The notes beneath the pieces are model-generated. The model saw only the letters and a list, made by a program, of their open reading frames with translations, was not told the origin of the DNA and did not search any database. Shown piece after piece: positions 36,751-47,323 of a stretch of 64,000 nt of DNA. The first letter of the stretch is position 1, and each line of letters begins with the position of its first letter. The DNA lies in the IMG/VR virus record IMGVR_UViG_3300026522_000021. The stretch is one strand, 5' to 3'. The position numbers and the translations under genes are program-made. The DNA is from a virus. Taxonomy: Duplodnaviria; Caudoviricetes.

Positions 36751-37956
36751 ATGTCAAATATTAGTTTAGAAAAACAGCCAAATGAAAACGAAGAGCAATT
36801 CATATGGCGATTAGGTCAAGCAAAAGATTCTGGTATCCTTGATTTAGACTGGAACGAGCTTGCCGATGTTATAAATAAAGCATGGAGGCAAGATGAAACA
36901 GAATACAAAAGCGAAGCTGCGTATCGCAAATGCTATCAATATGCAAAACGTTTTTATGAAGCAAACGTTTTTAACCAGTATTCTGACGAGGACACTTATA
37001 TAAAACAATTACGTGATGCAAAGGTTGAGCTTAGAAAAGAAAAACAAAAAATGTTTGATGAACGTACAGAGCTTAATCGTAAAATTCGAGAACAGGCAAG
37101 ATGCGAGTCATTCATTGATTTGGTTACTGATAAGATTTCAAATGTAGCACCACTTGAATTAAATTATCGAGACAAAGATATTATTGAATCTGATAACGAT
37201 ATTATTTGTCATATTACTGATCTACATGCTGGTATACATATAGACAACTGGTATAACAAATTCAATATGGATGTGTTAAAAGAAAGGCTGACCAATTATC
37301 TGGATCAGCTTTTTCAAATTCAACAACGGCATAATTCAGAAGATTGTTATATTGTAATTGGCGAAATCATGTCTGGTTTAATCCATGAAACGTTGAGGAT
37401 AGAAAATAATGAAAATGTTATTCAACAGTTCATTATGGTATCTTCTATTCTTTCCGAGATGATTTCAGAAATAGCAAAGCGTTTTAATAATGTCTATGTC
37501 TATATTACACCCGGAAATCATTCACGAGTAATTGCAAATAAAGAGCATTCATTACGTGGAGAGAATTTTGATATACTACTCCCCCACTATCTTAAAGCGA
37601 GCTTGCAGAATTATCAAAACGTCTTTATAGAGGATAATCTTAAAGATTGCGATATTGCAATGTTCGAAGTTCGTGGAAATAAAGTAATGGGTGTGCATGG
37701 TGATAAGGACGATGTTGGAAGTGTCGTTCAAAAATTCACTATGGTATTCGGAATAAAACCAGATATTGTTTTAATGGGACATAGGCATACAAATGCAATG
37801 ACAACAGTTTATGATACAAAAGTCATTCAATCTGGATGTGTTTCTGGCTCTGACAACTATTGTCTTGATAAACGATTAAAGAATAGACCAGAGCAAACAG
37901 TTTCGATTGTAAGCCATGACGGACTTGTTTGCATATATGATATAAAAGTAGATTAA
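36751..37956 (+). CDS. calcineurin-like metallophosphoesterase/nuclease with N-terminal coiled coil
   Basis: TDLHAG, GNHSR, HGD, MGHRH. Confidence 0.85.
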   Translation: MSNISLEKQPNENEEQFIWRLGQAKDSGILDLDWNELADVINKAWRQDETEYKSEAAYRKCYQYAKRFYEANVFNQYSDEDTYIKQLRDAKVELRKEKQKMFDERTELNRKIREQARCESFIDLVTDKISNVAPLELNYRDKDIIESDNDIICHITDLHAGIHIDNWYNKFNMDVLKERLTNYLDQLFQIQQRHNSEDCYIVIGEIMSGLIHETLRIENNENVIQQFIMVSSILSEMISEIAKRFNNVYVYITPGNHSRVIANKEHSLRGENFDILLPHYLKASLQNYQNVFIEDNLKDCDIAMFEVRGNKVMGVHGDKDDVGSVVQKFTMVFGIKPDIVLMGHRHTNAMTTVYDTKVIQSGCVSGSDNYCLDKRLKNRPEQTVSIVSHDGLVCIYDIKVD

Positions 37957-38005
37957 AAGTCTATCTGAAAACGGATAGGCTTTTATTATTGGAGAAGAAA
38001 GAGAG

Positions 38006-38284
38006 ATGAAAAAAAATGATTTAGTTTTGGAAATCGCAAGTAGATTGGGATTACCTAAAGTTGAATGTGAAAAAGTAATTGATACATTTGCAGACGTTGT
38101 AACCGATGCGTTAGTAGATGGCGACAAAGTAACCATAAGAGGGTTTTTAACTTTTGAAACATCCGAATGCAAAGCGAGGGAAGGCTACAATCCACAGACA
38201 GGTAAAATGCAGCACTACTCTTCTGTCAAGACAGTAAAGTGCAAAGTTGGTCAACCAATCAAAGATGCGGTTAATGAGAGGTAA
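38006..38284 (+). CDS. hup: HU family DNA-binding protein
   Basis: MKKNDLV...KVTIRGFLTF...AREGYNPQTG. Confidence 0.9.
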   Translation: MKKNDLVLEIASRLGLPKVECEKVIDTFADVVTDALVDGDKVTIRGFLTFETSECKAREGYNPQTGKMQHYSSVKTVKCKVGQPIKDAVNER

Positions 38285-38290
38285 TAAAGT

Positions 38291-38800
38291 ATGGATACAA
38301 TTTCTTTTTTAAGTCATGCTGATTTAGCTGAATATATGGCTGATAAAGCTCTTGATGGAAAAACAGTTACAGCAGTTCTCTTCTACGAAGATGCGAAAGT
38401 ATTGCTAAAGGAATTAGCTTGTTTTGAAGATACTACTATCGAAAATGTTGAAATGCACGAACCAGTATGGAAAGGATATAACAAAGAATTTTATGTAACT
38501 ATTGATGACAGCCTTTGCATATGGGTTGAAGAAGCATATCACGAAGTCGAGGAAACTGGCTTTAAAGGATATTATAGATTTGGTGGCGAAGATGTAATCG
38601 CATTAATTGACAGCGAAGCAAGTTCACTTGTAGTTAAAGCTGCTGATGGCAGTGGATATATTGCCGAGATTGAAGTTGTTGCAGATGCTTGCTGTGATTG
38701 TGAATGTTGTGAATATCGCAGCGAATTCATTACAGAGGAATTTGAAGAAGGTCTGCGTGATTTAATCGAATATATTTTTGAACATTTTACAGAAGAGTAA
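38291..38800 (+). CDS. acidic hypothetical protein
   Basis: GAGGT RBS; Cys cluster near the C-terminus. Confidence 0.75.
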   Translation: MDTISFLSHADLAEYMADKALDGKTVTAVLFYEDAKVLLKELACFEDTTIENVEMHEPVWKGYNKEFYVTIDDSLCIWVEEAYHEVEETGFKGYYRFGGEDVIALIDSEASSLVVKAADGSGYIAEIEVVADACCDCECCEYRSEFITEEFEEGLRDLIEYIFEHFTEE

Positions 38801-38815
38801 ACCACTCTTCTATTT

Positions 38816-38888
38816 TGCCAGATAGCTCAGTTGGCAGAGCGCACGGCTGTTAACCGTGATGTCGAGAGTTCGAGCCTCTCTCTGGCAG
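38816..38888 (+). tRNA. tRNA-Asn(GTT)
   Basis: Anticodon loop CTGTTAA. Confidence 0.93.
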
Positions 38889-38933
38889 TTTACCAATAAT
38901 GATATTGGTTACTTTTAACGGAATAACTTTTAT

Positions 38934-39007
38934 TTGGATGTAGTTCAGTTTGGTAGAACGCCTGATTTGGGATCAGGAGGTCGCAAGTTCGAGTCTTGTC
39001 ATTCAAA
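38934..39007 (+). tRNA. tRNA-Pro(TGG)
   Basis: Anticodon loop TTTGGGA. Confidence 0.92.
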
Positions 39008-39008
39008 C

Positions 39009-39084
39009 TGCGGAATAGAGAAGTCTGGTCTATCTCGTTAGCCTCATAAGCTAAAAATCGTGGGTTCAAATCCCACTTCCGCTA
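39009..39084 (+). tRNA. tRNA-Met(CAT), initiator-like
   Basis: Anticodon loop CTCATAA; unpaired 1:72. Confidence 0.88.
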
Positions 39085-39140
39085 TTTCAAATAACCATGC
39101 ACCGTTCTGTGTAATACGAAATTACACAAGAGGAATAACT

Positions 39141-40955
39141 ATGAAAATATGCACTACGGAACAAGAATATATAAATGAAATTGCAAGTTCTGTACAAAGA
39201 GTTTGTAAACGTTACGGTTATCTCCCATCCGTTTTGATTGGTCAAAGCTGTTTAGAAAACGGATATGGAATTCGTTCTTATTGGGATAATCCACAGATCG
39301 AAGCGCTTCTCACATATAACAATATGGTTGGTATAAAGAGTGAGCTTCTAAATAAGAGTTGGGATGAATATACAGTATGGACAGGCGAAAGTCTTACTAA
39401 GCAAACACCAGAAGTATATAACGGAAAGCAAGTTACAATTACTGATAATTTCCGCAAGTATGACACGATAGAAAGATCGTTTGCGGATTTTCTTCTGTTT
39501 ATAACGTATGCATCTAATTATGGGAAAGGTGGCGCTCCAAAATATGGAACTGCCGTAACATCTATCAAAGACCCTGAGACACTAATTAAGAAAGTAAATG
39601 CTCTTGGTTATGCCACTGGAACAACATATGCAACAAACGTGATGAAGATTGTAAACAAACACAATCTTACAAAATACGATGATCTTTCAAATGTAACAGC
39701 CACTATATACACTCCGGGCTACAAAGTAACATCGCCAATAAATAATACAACAAAATCAAATATCGTATCTATCGGAAAGAAAACAATAAATGATATTACT
39801 TCGCGTAATAAGTCACAAGTTCCTGCATCAAGAGGAAATAATAGCATTAAATTTATTGTATGCCATTATTTAGGAGTGCCTAATGCTGACAATCCAGATC
39901 TCTATGGTGGTGGATATGGCGGTCATTATAACATCCAAAGAGATGGGCAAATTTTTATGGCTGCAAACCCAAAGACCGCAGTTGTATGGCAATGCGGTGG
40001 TGGACTTCAAGGAAGTGGCGGTCATTCGTTCTATAAAGTCTGTACCAACTATAATTCTATTGGTATTGAATGTGGTGTTTGTTATACAGATAAATCCGCA
40101 AAAGACGGTGATGGCGATAATAACAAATGGTATTTTACCGAAGCAACTCAAGAGTCATTAGTGTACCTTGTCAGCAAACTGATGGATGATTATAACATAT
40201 CAATAGATCATGTGATAAGACATTATGATGTTACTGGTAAAACTTGCCCTAATCCATATGTCAAAAACAATGGATTAAATGGCAACTGGACATGGGATGA
40301 GTTTATTGCAAATGTAAAACAATATCGTAAAGACGGTACTATAACAATTCCAGATAGAAGCGGAGGAACTACTATTCCTCAAACCACAACATCAAAAGCA
40401 AATACTTCTACGAAATCATATTTACAAAAAGGCGATAAAGGAAATGCAGTTAAAGAAATGCAGACAATGTTAATTGCTTGCGGATATTCATGCGGTTCTT
40501 GCGGTGCTGATGGTGATTTTGGAAATGGTACTTTAAGTGCATTAAAATCTTTCCAGAGCGATCAAAAACTTTCTGTAGATGGTTTATATGGTAGTAAATC
40601 AAAAGCAGCACTTGAAGCATTGTATAAATCAAAAACAACTACGACTACCAAAAAGGTAACAAATACTTCAAGCACCGTATTTAATGGACTTGATTATTCG
40701 CCTGTTTATAACTACTCGTATTATCGAAGTAAGTATGAAGATTTAAGAAAAGCATTCGGAACAGATGAAAGTGCATACTTTAATCATTTCTGCACTTACG
40801 GAATGAAAGAAGGTAGACAGGCTTCATCTGCTTTTAATGTTCAGAATTATAGATCAAGATATTCAGATTTGAGGAAAGCGTTTGGGAATAATTTACCTTT
40901 ATATTTCAAGCACTATCTTGAATTCGGAATATCGGAAAAACGAAATGCAAAATAG
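39141..40955 (+). CDS. multidomain endolysin: GH73 glucosaminidase + Amidase_2 + PG-binding + cell-wall repeats
   Basis: QSCLENGYG..NNMVGIK..GYAT; CHY..NYNSIGIE..IRHYDVTGKTCP; LQKGDKG..DGDFG..DGLYG; two Y.DLRKAFG...H..G..E.R repeats. Confidence 0.9.
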   Translation: MKICTTEQEYINEIASSVQRVCKRYGYLPSVLIGQSCLENGYGIRSYWDNPQIEALLTYNNMVGIKSELLNKSWDEYTVWTGESLTKQTPEVYNGKQVTITDNFRKYDTIERSFADFLLFITYASNYGKGGAPKYGTAVTSIKDPETLIKKVNALGYATGTTYATNVMKIVNKHNLTKYDDLSNVTATIYTPGYKVTSPINNTTKSNIVSIGKKTINDITSRNKSQVPASRGNNSIKFIVCHYLGVPNADNPDLYGGGYGGHYNIQRDGQIFMAANPKTAVVWQCGGGLQGSGGHSFYKVCTNYNSIGIECGVCYTDKSAKDGDGDNNKWYFTEATQESLVYLVSKLMDDYNISIDHVIRHYDVTGKTCPNPYVKNNGLNGNWTWDEFIANVKQYRKDGTITIPDRSGGTTIPQTTTSKANTSTKSYLQKGDKGNAVKEMQTMLIACGYSCGSCGADGDFGNGTLSALKSFQSDQKLSVDGLYGSKSKAALEALYKSKTTTTTKKVTNTSSTVFNGLDYSPVYNYSYYRSKYEDLRKAFGTDESAYFNHFCTYGMKEGRQASSAFNVQNYRSRYSDLRKAFGNNLPLYFKHYLEFGISEKRNAK

Positions 40956-40997
40956 TTGATATTATCAAATTAGTTGAAATAAAGTGAGGTGCGCATA

Positions 40998-41900
40998 TTG
41001 GCAAGATCAGATATTTTACCGATGCGCGAGATAGAATATCGGTGCGATAAATGCAAAAGAGTTGATAGCAAACCAACATACTTTTATCGAAGTAATAGTA
41101 CGTTATATGATAATAACGGCTATTTGCCAATATGTAAAGATTGTCTCGCACAGTTATATAATAGATACCTATTAAGTTTCCATGATATTCATAAAGCTAT
41201 TAAAAGAATATGTATGGCTTTTGATTTATATTATAGTGATTCTATTGTTGACGCATGTTTGAAGGGTTCTAAGGCATCGACACCTTCAATCGGTGACTAT
41301 ATGAAAAAATTAAATATGTCACAATATAAAGGGAAAACCTTCGACAATACTATTGACGAAGGTTTTATTTTTGATATTGACGATGACGTTATGATACCTT
41401 CAGATGAAGAGGTTAAACCAGTCACTACTATTCCAGATTCAGTAAGAATTCGATGGGGATCAGGTTTGTCAGATGACGATTATAAAACATTGGAAGAACA
41501 CTATAAATATTTAAAGAAAGCTAATCCAGATTTTGATAGCAACCAAGAAATATTTATCATGGATTTATGCCAGATAAAAATGCAACAAACAAGGGCAATG
41601 AGAGCTGGCAGAACAGATGATTATATCAAATTGACTGAATCATATAGAAAAACATTTTCTCAAGCTGGATTAAAAACGACACCTGATGTTGCGGAGTCGA
41701 ATAATGAAAGTTGGGGAACATGGATAGGCATGATAAGTAAATATACTCCAGAAGAATATTATAAAGATAAGACTTTATATAAAGACTTTGATGGGATTGG
41801 GGATTACTTCAAACGCTTTGTATTAAGACCTTTAAGAAATCTGCAATTTGGAACGACTGACAGAGATAAAGAATTCTTTGTAAGCGATGAAGAAGAATAA
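40998..41900 (+). CDS. zinc-finger protein preceding the terminase (YonG-like; possible small terminase)
   Basis: CDKC...FY...PICKDC; coupled to terL. Confidence 0.6.
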   Translation: MARSDILPMREIEYRCDKCKRVDSKPTYFYRSNSTLYDNNGYLPICKDCLAQLYNRYLLSFHDIHKAIKRICMAFDLYYSDSIVDACLKGSKASTPSIGDYMKKLNMSQYKGKTFDNTIDEGFIFDIDDDVMIPSDEEVKPVTTIPDSVRIRWGSGLSDDDYKTLEEHYKYLKKANPDFDSNQEIFIMDLCQIKMQQTRAMRAGRTDDYIKLTESYRKTFSQAGLKTTPDVAESNNESWGTWIGMISKYTPEEYYKDKTLYKDFDGIGDYFKRFVLRPLRNLQFGTTDRDKEFFVSDEEE

Positions 41901-43738
41901 TGGCTAAACATATCACAAAGAAATCAAAAAAGATTTCTGAACTTGCAGATGAACGTCAAAGAGATCTTTATAAAAAAATGCCAAGCGGTCATTTCCTGAA
42001 TAATCAGGAAAACATGCATCATGTCTTATTATGGAATACCTTCTTTAGAAGAAATCTTCATAGATTTGCTAAAGATTTCTTAGGAATAAACTTACATATA
42101 TATCAGTCAATTATTCTTTATATGATGAGCATTAGTCAGTTGTGCGTAATTATTGCATGTCGTGCAGCTGCTAAGTCGCTCGTCATTTCTATATATGCGG
42201 TATGCGTTTGCATACTACGCCCTTATTCGGAAGTTGTAATCAGTTCAGCAACACGAGGGCAATCTGCTTTGCTTGTCAAGGATAAGATTCAGAAGTTCCT
42301 GATGAACAGCTACCCTATGGTAGCAATGGAAATAGAAAGTATAAAAACTTCACAAGATGAAGTTATTGTTATGTTCAGGAATAAGAGTCAGATCAAGGTT
42401 GTTACTGCAAGCGAAAATGGTCGAGGTAATAGATCGACAGTCCTTATCCGTGAAGAGTTTAGGCAGATAAACAAATACGTTGATGACAGTATCTTATCTC
42501 CGTTCCAAGTAATGAGACAAGCTCCGTATGTTACTTCAGGAAATTATACAAATGTTCCTGATGCCATTGATGAATCTGTTGATATTTATATATCTTCGAG
42601 TTGGTTAGACAACGGGCATTGGATGTGGAATATTGTAGATCAGGCTTTTAGAGAGTCATACGAAAGTGATAACTCCATGCTTCTTGCCTTCGATGAGTCT
42701 ATAGTATTAAAGCATGGAATAAAAAGTTTGTCACAGTTAAGAAAGGAAAAGAAAAAACAAGACCCATTAACATGGAGAATTGAATTCTTAAATGAACGTG
42801 TTAAAGAAAACACATCGGCGTATTTTACTTATTCGATGCTTCAGCAGAATCAACGATTAAAGAAACCTTTCTATCCGAGAAACAATATGGATGTGCGTGT
42901 AGGAAAACGGAATAAATATGATATTCCAAAACAGAAAGGTGAAATTAGAGTTGTATGCTGTGATATGGCATTTATAGAAAACAAAAAGAACGATAATTCT
43001 ATCTTTTCATGTGGTCGTTTAATACCAGAATACACACGTTATCGCCGAGGATCGGACGATGAAGATAAAGAAATAAACAATGGATATAGGGTTCTTTTAC
43101 CATATATCGAGAGCGTTCAAGGTGGTGATACCACCAGACAGGCGTTGCGAATACGTCAGCTATATGAAGATTTTGAAGCAGATTATATCGTATTGGATAT
43201 GAGAAACGCTGGTGTGAGCATTTATGATATGCTTGCAAATATCATGTATGATGATGAACGCGATATAGAGTATGCGCCATTAACATGTATGAATGATGAA
43301 AGTGTGGCTAACAGAATAAGATTTGAAGGCGCTGAAGAAAGAATATTTGTTATCAATGCTTCACAAAAATTAAACAGTGATATTGCCGTAAACTTCAGGC
43401 ACTATCTTGTCGATAAGAAAATAGATTTACTAATCCCATTCCAAGAAGCGCAGGAAGAATATCTTAGTCAGTTACAAGAGTATACAGAAGCTCCTTCTGC
43501 TGACGATCAGATATTCTATGAAAGCCCCTTCTTAGAGACACAGGCATTGATTTCTGAAACAACTGAATTGACATATGAAAAGAAAGAACAAACTGGCGTT
43601 ATTGTCGTTAGAGAACAAGGTAATAATCGGAAGGATAGATATACCTCTGTTTCATATTTGTGCTACTTCGCAAATAAATTGGCGCAGGATTTAAGCACAA
43701 TTAACGAGGAGTATGAATATGAATGCTATATCAATTAA
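41900..43738 (+). CDS. terL: terminase large subunit
   Basis: Walker A-like CRAAAKS, Walker B LIREEFR, YISS, nuclease CDMA..ND..KDRY. Confidence 0.85.
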   Translation: MAKHITKKSKKISELADERQRDLYKKMPSGHFLNNQENMHHVLLWNTFFRRNLHRFAKDFLGINLHIYQSIILYMMSISQLCVIIACRAAAKSLVISIYAVCVCILRPYSEVVISSATRGQSALLVKDKIQKFLMNSYPMVAMEIESIKTSQDEVIVMFRNKSQIKVVTASENGRGNRSTVLIREEFRQINKYVDDSILSPFQVMRQAPYVTSGNYTNVPDAIDESVDIYISSSWLDNGHWMWNIVDQAFRESYESDNSMLLAFDESIVLKHGIKSLSQLRKEKKKQDPLTWRIEFLNERVKENTSAYFTYSMLQQNQRLKKPFYPRNNMDVRVGKRNKYDIPKQKGEIRVVCCDMAFIENKKNDNSIFSCGRLIPEYTRYRRGSDDEDKEINNGYRVLLPYIESVQGGDTTRQALRIRQLYEDFEADYIVLDMRNAGVSIYDMLANIMYDDERDIEYAPLTCMNDESVANRIRFEGAEERIFVINASQKLNSDIAVNFRHYLVDKKIDLLIPFQEAQEEYLSQLQEYTEAPSADDQIFYESPFLETQALISETTELTYEKKEQTGVIVVREQGNNRKDRYTSVSYLCYFANKLAQDLSTINEEYEYECYIN

Positions 43739-43754
43739 CGAGGAGGTTTAGTAT

Positions 43755-45395
43755 ATGGCAAACAAAAATAATACTACTTCCTCTTATAACAGACGAAGTA
43801 ATTATAAAAAACGAACATACGAAAACAATCAGCATCAAGAAATAAGACAAGATAACAAGGATTATGAATTTAATGCATATCGTTCTTATCGTCTTAATTC
43901 ACTCTCCTATTATGGGATGATGAATGTTTTCGATTTGTATAAACCAGAACAGATACGTGATTTAATTCGCGATCCGATGGGTAACAACCAAGTCCTTAGA
44001 GAAATATCAAGGATATTATATGGGTGTAATGGTGTTTACACCAATACAGTAGATTATATGGTTGCAATGCCGACACTTGATAATGTTATCGTAAATTATG
44101 GCGATAGCCCACAGAAAAAGAAAAGAAATAAGAAATTGATGGAGTCTACGCTTAGAAACATCAAACATAAAGAAATTGTTCGTGATGCACTGTTTCGTGG
44201 GATGGTTGATGGAATTGCTTTCTATTATTTTGAAACAACAAACAGACCATTATCCAATGAAAAAATAATGTCCGATTATGATGTTGATAGAATAGCCGAA
44301 ATCAATGAGCTTGGAATAAACGCATCTGTTATTTCTTTATCGCCAGATTACACAAAGATTATCGGAATCAGAAATTCGAATTATCAGCTTGCATTTGACT
44401 TGTCGTATTTTGATAATTGTGAAGGCGAAGAGGCAAAACGTAAATTACGGAAATATCCAAAGGAAATTCGAGATGCTTATAATCACGGAAACCATGAACG
44501 TTGGGTTGTTCTTGATCCAACAAAAACAATTGTTCACAAAATAAGAAGCAGTAAAGAAGAGCCTTGGGGCAGACCTCTTGTGCTTGCTGCAATCAATGAC
44601 ATTCTTTATGGCGATTATTTTACCGACACAAAAAGAAATGTGTTAGATGAAATAAATAATAGAATTATTTATCAAACGTTCCCTGAAGGAAAAGACAAAG
44701 GTACTTCTGCTCTTTCACAGAAGCAACAGCAGAACCAACACGAAAAAGTAAAAGGTGCAGTTATGAACAAAAATAATCGTGGTGGTATTTCATTCTTTTC
44801 TGTTGCGGCAGGAACAAAGATAAATAGTATTGATGCAAGCAATACAGATATCTTTGATGATAAATACGAATCAAATCTTGGTGACAAGATAGCAATGGAT
44901 TTAGGTATTGCTGCTTCTCTTCTAAATGGTTCTGGTAGTGGAAACTATTCATCACAGGTAAACAACTTAGAATTGTTAAGTTCACAAGTGTTTCAGTGGA
45001 TTAATCAGATTGAGGCAGAGTTAAATAAATGTATTAACGCGAATATTATCTGTGATAAGAGAAATCGTGCTGAATGCAAATATTTGCATACAACATATGT
45101 TAATCAAAAAGACATGGTAGCCAATGCAAAAGATTTATATCTTGAGGGTAAAGGTTCTCTTTCTCTTTGGGCAAGCGCAGCAGGAATTTCACCAGAAGTT
45201 TATTTTGCACTACTTGACCAAGAATTAGAAGATGAAATCGAAAGCAAATATCCAGTTCATCAGACGAGCTTTACATATTCGTCTAATGACAATAATAAGG
45301 CTGGCAGACCTACTGATGATGATAGTTCGAACTACAGTACATTGCAGACAAAAGCAAATAACACAAATGGTACTCCTGCACCGAGTACACAATAA
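43755..45395 (+). CDS. portal protein
   Basis: 546 aa after terL; C-terminal AGRP tail. Confidence 0.75.
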   Translation: MANKNNTTSSYNRRSNYKKRTYENNQHQEIRQDNKDYEFNAYRSYRLNSLSYYGMMNVFDLYKPEQIRDLIRDPMGNNQVLREISRILYGCNGVYTNTVDYMVAMPTLDNVIVNYGDSPQKKKRNKKLMESTLRNIKHKEIVRDALFRGMVDGIAFYYFETTNRPLSNEKIMSDYDVDRIAEINELGINASVISLSPDYTKIIGIRNSNYQLAFDLSYFDNCEGEEAKRKLRKYPKEIRDAYNHGNHERWVVLDPTKTIVHKIRSSKEEPWGRPLVLAAINDILYGDYFTDTKRNVLDEINNRIIYQTFPEGKDKGTSALSQKQQQNQHEKVKGAVMNKNNRGGISFFSVAAGTKINSIDASNTDIFDDKYESNLGDKIAMDLGIAASLLNGSGSGNYSSQVNNLELLSSQVFQWINQIEAELNKCINANIICDKRNRAECKYLHTTYVNQKDMVANAKDLYLEGKGSLSLWASAAGISPEVYFALLDQELEDEIESKYPVHQTSFTYSSNDNNKAGRPTDDDSSNYSTLQTKANNTNGTPAPSTQ

Positions 45396-45425
45396 AAGAA
45401 TTATTTTATAAGGATGCAATAAAAT

Positions 45426-45575
45426 ATGGTTTTGAAAAACGATGATAAATCGGATACAAACACTAAAGATTTTCATTATATTGCAACCACCGATAAAGAT
45501 ACTGCTGACAAATTAAGGAATTTAGGTTTCGAGGAAATTGCCGCAGAACGCAATAGGTGGGTTTTTAAAAATTAA
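45426..45575 (+). CDS. small hypothetical protein (not in ORF track)
   Basis: MVLKNDDK..YIATTDKDTADKLRNLGF..WVFKN, followed by a terminator hairpin. Confidence 0.5.
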   Translation: MVLKNDDKSDTNTKDFHYIATTDKDTADKLRNLGFEEIAAERNRWVFKN

Positions 45576-45655
45576 TAATTTCAATATATCAAGAGGACAG
45601 TTTTACTACTGCCCTCTTTTTATATACATATATGTTCACAAGGAGGCAACTTGAA

Positions 45656-46846
45656 ATGAAAACTTTTGAGCTTTCTAAGAAAGATTCAAAAAATGGTCGC
45701 AGACATTTCAAGGTTATACTTCACGAAATCTATCCTGACTCATGCGTGGATGAGAAGAATGGCGTAGCAAGTGAATATAACGAAAACGGTATTTCTTGGA
45801 TCAGGGAATATTGCGAAAAGGCTCTCCCGACACTTGAAGGGAAAAGTATTAGATGCGAATTTCTTGACGAAGAAAGAACGTTCCTCAATGGGCATGGCGA
45901 AACAGAAACCAAGGATGGATTACCAATATTCGAAAACGCCGTGATGATCGGTACTTTTGAAAAAGGATACATTACAGACATTGAGACTGATGAAGGTATC
46001 AAGACTGTTTGTATTGGCGAAGGAACTATTGATGGTCTATGTTATCACAACTTCTGTGAAAAACTTGAAGAAGATATTGAAGATGGTAATGCGCCTTTTG
46101 GTAGTGTCGAAATCCTAAAGACAGGTGATAATCCATCAATTATCTACAAATACGGCTATAAAGATTATGGTCGTATTCCTATGGTTTTTGAGTATTCGGG
46201 TTATGCCTTGCTTGGGGTTAGACCTGCGGACAAAACAGCAAAAATACTGGAATTGAATCAATCTAATAATGTCGATAAGGAGGACTTCACGATGGGTGAG
46301 AATGAAATCAAAGCTATCGTTTCTCAGGTTATCAGCGAAATGAATTCTTCTGCCGAAGAGATCAATGCTATGAAGGAGGAATGCGAAAAACGCATTGCCG
46401 AATCTCAGGAGCTTGTTAAGGAGCTTCAGGCTGAAATCGAAAGACAGAATGAAAACATTGCCGAGCTTGAATCTAAAGTAACTGCGCTTAATGAAGCCAA
46501 TACTGCTCTTACAGCTGAAAAAGAGACACTTACTGGCGAAATCAATGAACTGAAATCCAATCTTGAAGATGCGCAGAAGAAAGAAAAGATTGGTGAACTG
46601 AACGCTGCTATTGAAGGCTTTACTGATGAGCAGAAATCTTTTGCACAGGCTGAGATTGACGCGTTCAATGAAAATCCGCTGACAAGCGAAATCAATTCTG
46701 TTGTGGATAAGATTCATGCAGAGATTGGTAAGAAATATATTGAAGAGGCTAAGAAGGCTTCTGAACATGTGGAAGATGATGTTGAAGATATTTTCTCAGA
46801 GATCAACGAAAAGAAGGTTTCTGAAGAGGATGTTGACATTTTCTAA
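45656..46846 (+). CDS. prohead protease/scaffold protein
   Basis: Globular N-terminus plus long acidic coiled coil; between portal and capsid. Confidence 0.7.
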   Translation: MKTFELSKKDSKNGRRHFKVILHEIYPDSCVDEKNGVASEYNENGISWIREYCEKALPTLEGKSIRCEFLDEERTFLNGHGETETKDGLPIFENAVMIGTFEKGYITDIETDEGIKTVCIGEGTIDGLCYHNFCEKLEEDIEDGNAPFGSVEILKTGDNPSIIYKYGYKDYGRIPMVFEYSGYALLGVRPADKTAKILELNQSNNVDKEDFTMGENEIKAIVSQVISEMNSSAEEINAMKEECEKRIAESQELVKELQAEIERQNENIAELESKVTALNEANTALTAEKETLTGEINELKSNLEDAQKKEKIGELNAAIEGFTDEQKSFAQAEIDAFNENPLTSEINSVVDKIHAEIGKKYIEEAKKASEHVEDDVEDIFSEINEKKVSEEDVDIF

Positions 46847-46870
46847 TTTGATAATTAGGAGGAAAACGCA

Positions 46871-47296
46871 ATGATTAAATGTGAAACTGTTGGTATGCTG
46901 GACATTGCAAAGATCAATCCTGTCCTTACATCCGCAAATGATGTTGTTAATAATTCTTTCCTCACTGTTGATGGAATTACTTATGTGATTCTTAACGACA
47001 TCAATGGTGACGATGCATATAAAGATGGCGTTACAATCAAGGCTGGAGAATATCTGAATGGTTATGATCTTTCCGCTTGGGCTGGTCAGAAACTTGTCAT
47101 TGATGAGAAACATATTACTTATGCTTCTGGCGCTGACTACGATGATATTACCGCTGGAACTACTCTGCTGAAGCCTAAGACAGATGGCACTCTTGAGGTT
47201 ACTGCTACTGCCCCGGAATCTGGCGTTTATTTCAAGGTTACTGACAAAGTTACGCTGACTGGTAAAGCAGTTAAGGTTCTTATCATGGGTGTGTAA
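46871..47296 (+). CDS. head decoration/cement protein
   Basis: Beta-rich 141 aa immediately upstream of the capsid gene; strong codon bias. Confidence 0.6.
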   Translation: MIKCETVGMLDIAKINPVLTSANDVVNNSFLTVDGITYVILNDINGDDAYKDGVTIKAGEYLNGYDLSAWAGQKLVIDEKHITYASGADYDDITAGTTLLKPKTDGTLEVTATAPESGVYFKVTDKVTLTGKAVKVLIMGV

Positions 47297-47323
47297 TTGT
47301 TTAATAATATTTGGAGGTAATAC

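Noticed and set aside
41900-43738. Inactive terminase because Walker A reads RAAAKS
   Set aside because: Lys-Ser, Walker B and the nuclease acidic residues are intact; probably a lineage variant.
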